Shown here in pieces: positions 40,300-53,826 of a DNA stretch of 64,000 bases. Source of the stretch: the human T2T-CHM13v2.0 reference genome, Homo sapiens. Below the pieces are notes generated by a model. That model saw only the letters and a list, made by a program, of their open reading frames with translations. It did not search any database and was not told where the DNA came from. Every line of letters begins with the position of its first letter. Positions within the stretch are counted from its first letter, which is position 1. The stretch lies in NCBI RefSeq assembly GCF_009914755.1, contig NC_060930.1, one strand, 5' to 3'. The translations under genes and the position numbers were made by a program.

Positions 40300-43200
40300 G
40301 TACAGTCTTTATTCACTATTTAAAATAGATTTATGGGATTCATCAACTGTGCATAAGAGCATTTGGGTAGGTGAGGAGGCATTAATGAAAGATGGTCCAG
40401 ACACAATTCCAATATTTAGAAATTGGTATCTGGTTGGGGAGAGAATAAATACTTTAAATGATTAAGACAACACCTAATTCAGTGACAGAATAAGTGATAT
40501 GCCTGAAAAATCTAAGAGTTCTGAGAAATAGGAGGTTTGAGGGCTGAAATGATGAGCATTTTCCATCTTCTCTCCACTCTGTTTAACATTTCCTTACCCC
40601 ATGGGTATCTCACTGAAGGACTCCTGTGACCTGAACCTGCCTTTTCTGTCTCTTTTTCACTTTATTGCTCTCTGTAAGTTAGTGTGTCTGCTATGTTCCC
40701 ATTGCCTCCAACATTAAACTCTCATAAAAGTTTTATTTTCTTTTACTTTGTGAATTCAATAAATCTACTAGTTACTTTGCCACAGTGATCCGGGCTTATG
40801 GCTTTACACGGGTAATAATCATTCATATATTAAGTGGCTGCCCTTATACTCAGCAAATCTGTTCCTTCAAAGTGAACTTTTGCAGCTATTGATTTCTTTC
40901 CCTAGTTCTTGTACCTTTTACCAAAAAGTTGGATTTCCCAAGAGCAACACCATTGGGAAAACATTTTAGTAATTGATTGCGATATATTTTGAAGGCTATG
41001 TGATCTTAGTTCTGTGGGATTCCAAAAATGTTAATTATAGAGTCCTCTCTATTGTAATTTCTGAAGTATCTTCTCTAAACTACCTCCACTGAATCTGAAT
41101 TCACATTGTCTTATAGTAGAAGAAGATATTATTCAAATGTTTAGGAAATTTCTCAGGAAACGATAATTTAACCATCTGTATTTGCCTTGTATATCTGTGG
41201 GACAATAGACACATTGATTTAGTATTTTTCACTGTTTTTTGTATAGAAGACATTTTTCTTTTATGTTCTTGAGTAAATCATCTCAGAAAAGATGTAATAT
41301 TTTTATGTTACAGGTAGCATCACCATAAGAATGGCTCACTGATTAGTTTTGACTTAAATACATGTTTACCTTAGCTATGCTAAGATTAAGTGTACAATTT
41401 TAATCTTCAATATCTGTAGGCTTCCAGGTTTCTGGACAGAATTCAAGAGAGTATCATTTTGTACTGGTCACTGACAGTCCAAAGACTGTCGTTAACTCTG
41501 ATGTTTTTCAAATGACATATTGTGTTCACCTGAATGTTTGACCCAACAAGGAAAATGAATATTTATTCCATACATCCTTAAAGAAGGGAATTTTTCTTTT
41601 GCTTTTCATAATGTAAATTACATGATGATTGCATAAAGTTTTCATTGAGATTAGTTTATAACAATTTTTTTCTATAAATTTAATTAATAAAAATATCTAA
41701 ATCTTAAAGTCAAACAATTAATTTTAAATACAGCCATTGACTTTTCAGGACTTTTAAAACCTCATAAAGATTAAAAACTGCACTTATATATATAACAGTG
41801 CTAAGATAGGTCTTAGGTAATTGTAATTTTCTCTTTATAGGAGATTTGAAGAATAATCTTCCTATGTTGGATAACGCTTTATGCAAACAGTGTCCAGAGA
41901 AAAGATATAATCCTCATTAAAAGTGGTTGTGCTTGCTTAGCCTCTATGTTTAATAGAAAATCAAGACTTGCTAGTGCAAAGATAGTGTCTGTTGATTCAG
42001 AAGATTATAGCAGTGATTTTCCAGAAGCTAATGAAAGGTACTAAAATGAATTGATAATCTAACTGGTGCATTTTAAAACGCTTAAAGAGAACTTAATATA
42101 TAATGTCTTCATGAATTGCTTCTAGTTCTGTTTTAATAATAAACTCGTAACTCAGATATGCATACAAACAGGAATCAATTGGGACAGCAATGAGCATAAA
42201 CATTTATAATCACTTGCTTTTATAGGAACTAAACCTATGACAGTTATATCGATGATTAGAGTACCTACACATGAAGACAGGTAGAAAGTAGAACATACAT
42301 CCAAAGTAACATACTGTCAAAAATATCCAAGCAATGATTGCATATTTGAACAATGTATATTAAAAGATTATAAAATTATGTGAGCAGTATGTATTTTTAG
42401 CATTTTATATGCACAACTATCTTCTGTTTGGTCAAATTACGTGTCTTTTATACACGCTAAAAACTGAAAACAACATGGACAATGCAAAAGAATAAGTTTA
42501 TGTTTCTAAATAAAAACCTGTACTTGTTAATCATTTTGTTTTTTATAACATCTCCACAACATAGGAATCAAGTCATGAAAGCAGACAAAGTGATACTATA
42601 TTCTGAAGTTATTATGCTGTTGGCCTGACTGACATCTGTAGACATAAACTCTCTACCTGTTTGAAAGTATTACAGATATTAATTTTTAACAATATTTGCC
42701 CTAACTTGCATTTTTCTCTTTGTTTTTAGTATCTGACATTTTATATGTCTCAGATTAAATATTATTTTGTGGTGGTAAAATGTAAACATTATTTTTATGA
42801 ATTCATTCTCATATATATACAATCACTTAAATATGTATTGAATACCAGGAAATAAGCTATATTTAACAAGTGAACACATTAATTTCCCAGGATATGTTTA
42901 TTGAACCTTATGAGACTATTAATTCTGATTTATGTGCTCCTTATGTTTGATACACAGAAATAGGCAACCCTTTGGAGAACAAAAAATTAGAAGAAAATAG
43001 ATGCTATAATTCATATTTCAAGTAGTACTGTCCCCAGTAATACAGAGCTAGTGAAAATAGCGCAGGATGCTTGATACTGGAGTGTACTTTAAACAATAAA
43101 TTATTGGAGGGCATAGAAACCTCATCAAGACAGCAAGTCTGCAAAGACTCCATGTGGGCAACCTGGCCTTGCTCTCCTGTGCTGCTGGTCAACTTCCTAC

Positions 43201-43757
43201 AGCTCAGCTGGCATTGCTCACCAGACAAGTACATGATAGGCATATCACTTGTTGTACATTATCTTTCAACTTTTTATCTTTTAATAATTTTCTGGCTCAT
43301 TGTTACATTTCCTGTGAGAAAAATGGAGTTATTTGAAAGTTTAGTTTCAGTGGTTTTTCTTGTGGCTATAATTAGGGTGCAGTCCACTTCCCATTGATCT
43401 GTGCACAGAATACAAAATACATAAGAGAAGAGGTGATAATGTGAAGTGAGAAGTTAAGGGGAAAATGGCCATGCGGCTTCTATTATAGAAATGAGGGCTT
43501 AAACACATACAATGACATAGCCTATATATAATTGAGAGTTATCTATGTGCATGAGAAGCAATGTGTATGTATGCATATATATTAGCGGTGGGAACTGTAC
43601 ACAGGCTAATGTTTAGCACAAAAAATGATAAAATAATTATTTTTATTAATTAAATGCATCAAAGCCTAATTAAGGAATGACTCATGTGCAGATGATTATG
43701 AATAAATTGCCAAATAGAACCTGTCCAAATGCAGAAAAAATTGATTTTAAAATAATT

Positions 43758-43930
43758 CATATAATTATTTTATTGAGATAATCAAAAATATCTAATTTGA
43801 AAGCAAAATGAAGATATTTGAAATAATTTGGTTAACTTATCACATATAATTATTTTATTGAGGTAATAGCAAGTATTTAATTTGGAAGCAAAATGAAGAC
43901 ATTTGAAACTAGTTTGGTTAACTTATCACA
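43758..43930. repeat. Two-copy 85/86-bp tandem duplication
   Basis: Units 43758-43842 and 43843-43928, about 9 substitutions and 1 indel. Confidence 0.93.
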
Positions 43931-43964
43931 GCTATGGTATAATTTGAGTCAGAAAACTGACATC

Positions 43965-44160
43965 AACTAAGTAACAATAGTATATCAAACCATTGAGTAT
44001 ATACTATGTGCTAAATAAAACATGTATGTTATGTCATTAAATTCTATCAGTAACACTGCATGGTAGATACTTGCATTTCCGTTTGATACAAGAGAAAACA
44101 CAACTTACCCACATCACAGTAGAGTGCCACAGCCAAAATTTGCAGCTGTATCTCTGACAT
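43965..44160 (-). mobile_element. MIR
   Basis: cattgagtatatactatgtgc...tggtagatact...agagaaaac. Confidence 0.6.
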
Positions 44161-44204
44161 CGTGACATTTATTTTAAAAAGAGAAAATGAAATTAGTTAT
44201 TTAT

Positions 44205-44390
44205 TTAACTTAATAGAGTGGTTGAAAGCATGGGCTCTAAAGAAAACCAGATGGTTTTAAATTCTGACAGGCACTCATATACTAGCTGTGTAGTCTTGGT
44301 TACTTACCTTATTGGAGCCTGGATTATCTAATTTATAACATGGAGATAACAATACACAGAGTAAGCACTCAGTGTTGTTATTATTAAGAT
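44205..44390 (+). mobile_element. MIR
   Basis: agagtggttgaaagcatgggctct...actagctgtgtagtcttgg...gagtaagcactcagt. Confidence 0.7.
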
Positions 44391-47300
44391 ATACATGTTG
44401 CCTTAATTGACTGAAATATCTATGACAAGTGTAATTCTGTTGATATTTATCTGGATATTTTAAGGTATGTTTTATTTGTCTTCCAATCAGGAACATGGTA
44501 ACCATAACCTGCCCAACCCCAAACTAATAACTGAGGCTATAAAAAGTAAGAGTCACTTACCATTTCATTCTATGCAGTTTCCTGCCTTGAAATAGGTGTC
44601 TTATGGCTTTGGTTGGCAATACTGTTAATGGAATATAGTTGTATTAAAAGCAATTTTTTTTTGACAATTCTTTGTTAGCAGTCAGCAACTAAATATATTA
44701 AGAAGCCTTGTTTTGCACACTCTTCCAACCACAGAACACTAAAGATGTATATGTTATAATTACAATTATCCTTTCTCTTCATTGTCCTGCTGAGGAATGC
44801 ACTGTAATTCTGGCAGCTAGAGTAGAGTTGGCTTGCTTTCCTTGGATTGCAGATGTCTAATTGCAGGCAACCATTTCATTTAAAATGGCTCATTAAAGTA
44901 AAAACCATTTAGCATCAGTAACATGGATCAGCATCCATGATTATGCATTTAATTAGAGAGAAGTATGTTTTCTCCTCTTTTCTAATTTTTCTATCTATAG
45001 ATCTACCTATGTATCAATCTATGCATCTACCCACACACATACACATAGATGCACACATGCAGATTTATACAAAGCTTGCCTTAGACATTAATTTTATCAT
45101 TTTGCCATCATTGCAACTCCTTGGCTAATTGTTCCATGGAGTATGTATAGAACGTACTAATTATGAAATTATAGAATATATTGTTACTCAATATTAGTAA
45201 ATTGCATATTGCACATATAGGAATTTTCTGTTTTGTAGGCTTTTCTAGATATGTTATATTTTACCTTAGTAAATGTCCTTATTTACTAACTGAAATATTA
45301 CTTGTTTATTATCATTCCAAAGAAGCGTCATATCCTGAACGCTTTAGTTTACTGATCACTGAAATAAGACCGTGGTGTGGGAAGAGAGAGAGAGAGAGAG
45401 AATTCCAATTTTTCTCATTCTCATGCATAAAAGATCAATCATAGAAGCATAGTTTTGATGTGATGATATGTCCTGTTATTTGTATTGTGAAAATAGATTT
45501 GTCTAACAATATTTGTTCGGAAATAGAACATTTGGACTTTTTAAGCATTACTTTTAACAATATTTTTAAAAATAGTCAAAAACCACAGGCATTATCTATA
45601 TCATAATTCTACTAAACAGCAGTGATGAGTGGCAATTAGTTGTTTATTGAGTCACTGTTTACATAATTATTTGTAAGTTATTTGTAAATGGCCTTAGGTT
45701 TTTTAGATCTATAAATTTCAGTGAATAAAATATAATTTAAAGGCTTTCATAATATTAAATAAGAATGAACCAGGCTGTCTTTTATTAGCTTATTTTTCAT
45801 TTCATTAGAGAAAAACACAGTTTACTTTGGCAGAATCTAGATATGTTGATGTACTTTATCATGTCCAAATTCGAGGCAGTAAATAATTTTCTGTAGAGAG
45901 CCCCTAGTCCTTAAAGAGTAGACTAAATCAACAAAGGATCCAGAAGTAAAAGTCAGAAGCTAAAGTATATTTGTGCATTTCTGTGTCAGTAAGAAAGAAG
46001 TTAAGACTGAGATATAAATTAAGAATACATTATATAAAACCTGCTCCAGTCCTGTCCTGTAAGACAGCCAGGGGATAGCCTCAAGAGTTCAAGGTTAATG
46101 GGTCTCTATGGGAAGTATTTACTTTCTCACTGGATTTTTAAATTACATTCCCTTTTTTCCCCACCAGTACTACTGAAGTAAAAAGAGAAACAAATGAACA
46201 AAAACAGTGCTGGCAGGTATGCTATTTATTGCCCAATGGAAAAGTTATAAAATCATTGTTATTACTGCTGTATAATAATTGATACATACTGCTTGATATG
46301 TGCCATTGTTTTATGCTGGTCACCTTTCACCCTTTTTTGTTTTTTTTTGTCACATTCTTGATATAGATCATAAGCAAGAAAAGAGACAAGTGAAAGTGGA
46401 AGGGGAGGAAATAGAGAAAAGATAAAGAGATAATAGAGAAAAGAAAGAGAGAGGAACTTCAAGAAGAGAGAAACATACTTCACAGCTGGGCAAGATTCAG
46501 ATTTTTTTTTAAAAATGAGAGGATCAACCATGATTTGAGAGAATAAGGATACAAAGTTAGTGTTTAAAAAGAGTGAAGAGAGAGGGGAAAGAGTTGTTTT
46601 GAGTTTGAAGTGTTAGTAAACTATGCTTCTCACACACTGCGATTTACTTGAATGTTAGTCGTCAAAGTGATATCAAATCTTATCACTGCATTGAAATGCA
46701 AAATAGATGATTGATTACTATTCATAGTTCTTCAACTTTCTTTCTAAGCAAATTTTCAAGTACTTCTATGCAGTTGCAGTCCAAGTAGCTAAGTCTTAGA
46801 AATTATCTGAGCAGTGAAGAAAGTATTACTCATCTTTAGGAAGGAATACATTTAAACTGAAAGTGAAATTGTGTCTCTTTGATCAATGGACAATTCCACC
46901 CTAACCCAGTTGCTAAAGAAACTGTTTTGATGCCTTTATTTTTCATGCCTGCCCTCAGTTACTCTATTGTTTTTATGCTGAGTGCTACAAAGGGAACGAC
47001 CATCAAAATCTCTTTGTACTAAGAACTTTAGGAAGGAGTGAAAATAATGTATAAACAAAGCTTCTGCCCTAGTTCATTATAATTGGGAAAATAAGGTAAA
47101 TGCGATTATACAATTTCAAAGACTATATAATGAAATAGAGTGTAAGTTTTAGAATAAAAACCTGGAGAATCAAATGACAAAAACATTTGCACATAGGGTT
47201 TCTTTTAGGGAGTTTGGAGGCAAATAACCTATACCATACCTATTATATAAGGCACAGAATAGATAATAGTGTTTAAATAAAAAGCTATAAATTGTTACTC

Positions 47301-48539
47301 TTATACAGATATAAAAATGAACACATTTTAAATGTTTTATTTAACTCACATGGGAACCAGGAAAATGTTGTAATCTATTCAAAAAAGAATCTAAGGAACA
47401 GACACATGTATAGACTAGGAATATGCAAATGGCATCAAAATATTTTCCACAAAAAAGAGTATGAAAGTCACTTAAAACCTCTAACAGACAAGACAGAATT
47501 CATAGGTATGTCAGTTACCTACAATTTACAGAATCTTAAACTGTATCCCATAGAACCATAATCTTGGCCTGCCAAGACCAAGAGTGCTATAAATAATACA
47601 TAGTTTTCCTAGGAATTACAAATCTTTTCTCAAAAATAGTAAGGGCAAAAACCTAGAGAACCATAATAACACTCATTTCATCATTTTCAAATGAGTAGTG
47701 AACAGCGTATCTTGAACATTACAAAAGATAGAAATCCTAAACACAAAAATTATTATATAATACATTTGTCAGTTCTTTGTGTTTATATGCACACACACAC
47801 ACACCTTTTTTTTCCTAGTGTGATAATTGCTTTATATTTTGGTTATTCCTTTTACATCAAACTTAATATTTCACATAATCTAATCAATTGATCTAGTCCT
47901 TTGGGATGATGTCTTGTCTTTGTTCTACAGATGAGACAATCAACTTCCTATTTGGATTTTAAAGAAATACGTAAGGGTTTGATTAATGATAGAGTTCCTG
48001 GGTAGAGGAAATGATATTTTTAAAAAATTAATTAGATTATATTTTTAGGAAACATTACTTTATTGAGATTTTTACATTAAGTGATAACAATCATATTTTT
48101 TTTAGTTTTCAAAAGAGAAAAGACTTGGTTGTTTTCTACTACTATTTTAAGGGTTAGTTTTTTCATCAAAGCAATATATATCTTTATTTCATGGTTCATT
48201 TTTATAAAACTCGATTACAAATAATGCGCTGTGGAATTTTTCCCAAGGCAAAAGATCAAATATAGAGAACTGGCCAAATATTTATACTTTGCCTCTGTGT
48301 TTTCATTAATGGAATTTTTATTAGAACTTAATATTTGTTTATTTTTGCATTTTGGAAAGAAGCGTGTCTAAATCCAAACCTTTCTCTTACATTACCCTTT
48401 TAAAAAGCCAAGTAAATCTGAGCATTCACTTTCCTGCTCAAAACCTTGCAATCATCTCCTTTACTGAAGTCCACCAGCCTCTGCTTGATCTGCCCTATGC
48501 AGACTCATCCTCCCTATCTCCTCACCCCACTCCTTGCTT

Positions 48540-48780
48540 TCTTCTTGGCTTGCAAACAGCTGCCTCTTGCTGGGTTCTCCCATACTGGAGAGAAAGAGAG
48601 AGCAAGGTCTCTAGAATTGCCTCTTATGAGGATAATAATCCTATCATGAGAGTCCCACTCTCAGGATCATATATAATAAATCAAATGACTTTCCAAAGTC
48701 CCTAACTCTACATACTACCACATTGGGAAATTAAGGCTTCAACATATGAATTTTGAGAAGACTCAAGTCAGTCAATAGCA
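48540..48780 (-). mobile_element. Partial MLT1A-type LTR (3' LTR)
   Basis: cttcttggcttgcaaacagctgcc...taaggcttcaacatatgaatttt...agtcaatagca. Confidence 0.8.
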
Positions 48781-49835
48781 TTCTGCCCCTGACACCCCAA
48801 AATTCATGTCCTCACATACAAAATACGTTCATTTCACCCAAATACCCAAAGTATTAACTTGTTCCAGCAGCAACTCTAAAGTTCAGAGTCTCATCTAAAT
48901 ACTATCTAAATCAGATATGGGTGAGACTCAAAGTATTACTCTTTCCTGAGAAAAATTTCCTTTTTATATGAACCTGTGAAGTCAGACAAATTATATGCTT
49001 TCAGAATACAATGGTGGAACAGGTATAGGATAAACATCCCCATTCCAAATAGAAAAATAGAAAAGAATAAAGGGGTGGGAGTCCCAAACAAGCCCAAATC
49101 CTAACAAGGCAAATTTAGGCCTCCTTCATTCTGTCTTTTTTACTATGTTCCTTTTAGTTCAAAACTGGCAGTGTTGCTGGCATAATCCTGTCTTTATTCC
49201 TGGACTCTGCTGGAATGGCTGATTAACTTCATCACAGTCATTCATGATTTCTTTATTAAAGTTTTAGCCACATCTTTAATGTTCTCTTCAGAACAAGCTT
49301 TCTCTCTCTCTCTGGTAATATGAATAGGCTGAGAATTTTCCAAATCTTCAAGGTCTGGTTCTTTTTTGCTTGACAAATTCCTGATTTAATTCCTCTTTCT
49401 TTTTTTTTTTTTTTTTTTTTTTGTATTTTATTATAAGCAGTCAGGAGGAATCAAATTAGCTGCTTCTTCAATACTTTGCTTAGAAATCTCCTCAGCTAAT
49501 TATCTAGTTTCATTGTTCGTAGTCCTTCCTTCCACAAGACACTAAAACATAGTTCAGCCAAATCCCTTGCTAATTTGTAACAAGAATCACATTTCCTCCA
49601 GTTTCTGATATGTCCTCATTTCCATCTGACACATCACCAGAATTGCCCTTAACACTCATATTTTTATGTTTCTTTAAAATTTGTTTTAACTTCCTATTAT
49701 CACCACTTAATTAATGCCCATATTTTTAGTATGCACTTCAAATTCCTACAGCCTCCACCCACTACTGAGTTCCAAAGCTGCTTCCACATATGCAGGTATT
49801 TGTTACAGCAGCACCACACTCTTGTTACCAAAATC
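48781..49835 (-). mobile_element. MaLR (MLT1-type) internal sequence, internally deleted
   Basis: Polypurine tract side ttctgcccctgacaccccaaaattcatgtcct; 5' side ttccaaagctgcttccaca...tttgttacagcagcaccacact. Confidence 0.8.
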
Positions 49836-50311
49836 TGTATTAGTCAAAGTTCCCCAAAGAAACAGTACCAACAGATAATATAGTACAAGAAACTGACTCA
49901 AGCAATTATGGAGACTAAGAAGTTCCAAGATCTGAAGTTGGTATGCTGGAGACCCAGAAGAGTTAATGTTATAGTTCCAGTCTAAAAGCCAGCAGACTCA
50001 AAACCTAAAAAGAGACAATATTGTAGCTTGAGTCAGAAAGCAGGAAAACATTAATGTCTAACCTCAGGGCAGTCAGGCAGGAGAAGTTCTCTGTTCAGCA
50101 CATGAGGGTCAGCCCTTTTTCTCTATCCAGGCCTTCAAATGATTGGATAAGGCCCACCTATAATACATTAGGGAGGACAATTACTCAGTCCACTAATTCA
50201 AGTGTTAATCTCATATAAAGACATACCCACAGACACACCAAGAATCATGTTTGTCAAAGTATTTGGGTACCCATGACCCTGTCAAGTTGACACATATAAT
50301 TAACCATCACA
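49836..50311 (-). mobile_element. MLT2 (ERVL) LTR, MLT2C-like
   Basis: Minus-strand start TGTGATGGTTAATTATATGTGTCAACTTGAC and end GACTAATACA. Confidence 0.85.
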
Positions 50312-50329
50312 GGGAGCCTAGAGGTAAAG

Positions 50330-50990
50330 ACCTTGGGTGGGGGGAATTATAGAAAGAGGCTGGAGCAGATCCTACAGGGCCCTGAAGGACACATTAAAGA
50401 ATTGGGAACTTGTCCTAAGGAAAATGACAACCCATTGGTGATTTTTAAGGAGGTAAATAAGGTAATCTGATTACTATTATTATTTTTTAAAAGGACATGA
50501 GGAAGTTTGGGTTGTTGAGAGGAAAGGCAGAGAGAAAGGTGGTACTGTAGTTAGAAATTGTGGTTTGATCTCAACTTGTCTTCATGGAGAAGAAAGTGGA
50601 GTTCCAGCTTGATCCAGCTTGTCTTCATTGAGAATGGGAGAGTTTTGAAATATAGTGAGAGATTGATTTGATATGAGGAGAGAATAAAAGGGAGGGATCA
50701 ATAATGGTGGCCAGTGGCTAGATTTAGCAAATATATTTGTAGTGTGTGATTTACCACAAATGAAGAAAGAAGGAAGTTTTATAGGAAGAGGATGACTTTA
50801 GTTTTAGGTTTATGAAGTTTAAGTGGTGCAGGTCTGAGGTCCAGAGGTGTAGTCTGGGATAGACTTACATGTTGTAACAGGCCAAGATTTCCTAGGTAGA
50901 GAATGTAAAAAATGTAGCGATAAAGGATCTGATGAAAAGGCACCCAGTATTTGATGGATAGAGGAAGGGAAGCCCTGGAGGTACCATCAA
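50330..50990 (-). mobile_element. L2 remnant
   Basis: gcagatcctacagggccctgaagg...ccattggtgatttttaagg; ggtctgaggtccagagg. Confidence 0.6.
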
Positions 50991-51069
50991 CTTTTTTTTG
51001 GCTCCTATTGTATTCAATATGTTGACATTTATACAATATCTCAGAAATAACAGGGTTTAGAAAACATAC

Positions 51070-53356
51070 TGTATTAGTCCGCTTTCAGGCTGCTGATAAA
51101 GGCATATCCAAAAGTGGGCAATTTACAAAAGAAAGAAGTGTAATGGACTTACAGCTCTGCATGGCTGGAGAGGCCTCACAATCATGGCAGAAGGCAAGGA
51201 GGAGCAAGTCACATCTTAGGTGGATGGCAGCAGGCAGAGAGAGAGAGCTTGTGTAGGGAAACTTCCATTTTTAAAAACATCAGACCTCGTGAGACTTATT
51301 CACTATCATGAAAACAATATGTGAAAGACCCATCCCTATTATTCAGTTATCTCCCACCAGATTCCTCCTATAACACATGGGAATTATGAGAGCTATAAGA
51401 TGAGATTTGAGTGAGGACACAGAGCCAAACCATATCATTCCTCCCCAGGCCCCTCCTAAATCTCATGCCCTCACATTTCAAAACCAATCATGCCTTCCCA
51501 ACAGTCCCTCAAAGTCTTAACTCATTTCAGCACTAACTCAAAAGTTCACAATCGAAAGTCTCATCTGAGATAAGGCAAGTTCTTTAGGCCTATGAGCCTG
51601 TAACATCAAAAGCAAGTTTGTTACTTCATAGATAAAATGGTGGTACAGGCATTGGGTAAATACAGTCATTCCAAAAGGGAGAAATCGGCCCAAAACAAAG
51701 GGGCTACAGGCCCCATGCAAGTCCAAAATCTGGTGGGGCAGTCAAAGCTCCAAAATGATCTTTTTTTACTCCATGTCTCACATCCAGGTCATGTTGATGT
51801 AAGATGTGGGTTCCCATGGTCTTAGGTAGCTCTGCCCCTGTGGCTTTGCAGAGTACAGCCTCCCTCATGACTGCTTTCATGGGCTGGTGTTGAATGTCTG
51901 CAGCTTTTCTAAGTGCACAGTACAAACTGTCAGTGGATCTATCATTCTGGGGTCTGGAGGATGGTGGCCCTTTTCTCACAGCTCCACTAGGCAGTGCCCC
52001 AGTAGGGGCTCTGTGTGGATGTTCCGACCCAACATCTCCCTTTCACACTGCCCTAGCAGAGTTTCTCCACGAGGGCCCCATCCCTGCAGCAAACTTCTGC
52101 TTGGGCATCCAGGTGTTTCCATACATCTTCTGAAATCTAGGCAGAGGTTCCCAAACCGCATTTCCTGACTTCTGTGCACTCACAGGCTTAACACCACATG
52201 GAAGCTGCCAAGGCTTGGGGCTTGCACCCTCTGAAGCCACAGCCTGAGCTCTACATTGGCCCCTTTCAGCCGTGGCTAGAGCAGCTGGGATGCAGGGCAC
52301 AATGTCCCTAGACTACACACAGCATGGGGACCCTGGGCCCGGCCCACAAAACCAGTTTTTCTTCCTAGGCCTCTGGGCCTGTGATGGGAGGGACTGCTGC
52401 AAAGACCTCTGACATGCCCTGGAAACATTTTCCCCATTGTCTTGGGGATTAATATTCAGCTCCTTGTTACTTATTCAAATTTCTGTAGTCAGCTTGAATT
52501 TATGCTCAGAATATGGAATTTTCTTTTCTATTGCATTGTCAGACTGGCTGCAAATTTTTCAGACTTTTATGCTCTGCTTCCCTTATTAACAGCACCCCAG
52601 TCACCTCTTGAATGCTTTGCTGCTTAGAAATGTCTTCCACCAGATACCCTAAATCATCTCTCTCAAGTTCAAAGTTCCACATATCTTTAGGTCAGGGGCA
52701 AAATGCCACCAGTCTCTTTGCTAAAAGAATCACCTTTTCTCCAGTTCCCAACAAGTTCCTTATCTCCACCCGAGACCACCTCAGCCTTGATTTCATTGTC
52801 CATATCATTATCAGGATTTTGGTTAAAGCCATTCAACAAGTCTCTAGGGAGTTCCAAACTTTCCCACATTTTCCTGTCTTCTTCTGAGCCCTCCAATCTG
52901 TTCCACCCTCTGTCTGTTACCAAGTTCCAAAGTTGCTTCCACATTTTCAGTATTTTTTCAGCAGCACCCCACTCTACTAGTTCCAATTTACAGTATTAGT
53001 TTGTTTTCATGTTGCTGATAAAGACATACCTAAGGCTGGTCAATTTACAAAAGAAAGAAGTGTAATGGACTTATAGTTCCACATGGCTGGGGAGCCTCAC
53101 AATCATGGCAGAAGGCAAGGAGGAGCAAATCATATCTTATGTGGATGGTGGCAGGCAAAAAGAGAGAGCTTGTGTAGGGAAACTTAATTTTTGAAGTCAT
53201 CAGATCTTATGAGACCTATTCACTATCACAAGAACAGCAGGAGAGAGACTCGCCCCAATGATTTGATGATCTCTCACCAGGTCCCTCCACAACATGTGGC
53301 AATTATGGGAGCTACAAGATGAGATTTGGGTGGGGACACAGATCCAAACAATATCA
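51070..53356 (-). mobile_element. Full-length THE1C MaLR provirus (LTRs 51070-51437 and 52992-53356; internal 51438-52991)
   Basis: Two similar ~365-bp LTRs; internal ORF remnant (RGWNRLEGSEEDRKMWESLELPRDLLNGF, 52687-52986 minus); degenerate TSD catac/catgg. Confidence 0.93.
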
Positions 53357-53826
53357 CATGGTATCATGGTGAAAAATGTAATGAAACCATGACTACATTT
53401 GATCTTTAGGTTTGCACTATGTTTTAATGAGCGTTTCAACTTTTATTGCTTTTATGTTGATTTTTACATCTGTCTACAAAGTGATTTTTTATAGGCTTTT
53501 GGTTTTTTTGGCTGTAGATGTGAAAGAGAATGGTGCATTGTGAAAGAAAAGGTTGAACAAAAATCAATTCATGTCAGAATTGATTAAAATCAGGAAACAT
53601 TTTCAATGTCAACAGGATATTTAGGATGAGAATAATTAAATGAGCTCTGGAGGCAAATGAATTATTGACTACTTACAAATATCAGGCCTAAGAAGATAGA
53701 GATTGAGACATATGTCTTCTTTTTTTTCTTAGTGAAGAGAAACAGACAAAACTCTTCTAATATGTAACTTGGTATTAAACCATTGTGAGGAATAATTAGG
53801 AAATTATCCTAACATAGGAAAAAATA

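Noticed and set aside
50565-50635. Short imperfect direct repeat (cttgtcttcat..gagaa)
   Set aside because: Small slippage duplication inside an L2 relic.
51538-53439. Cluster of overlapping ORFs
   Set aside because: All within the THE1C element; fragmented MaLR ORF, not a host gene.
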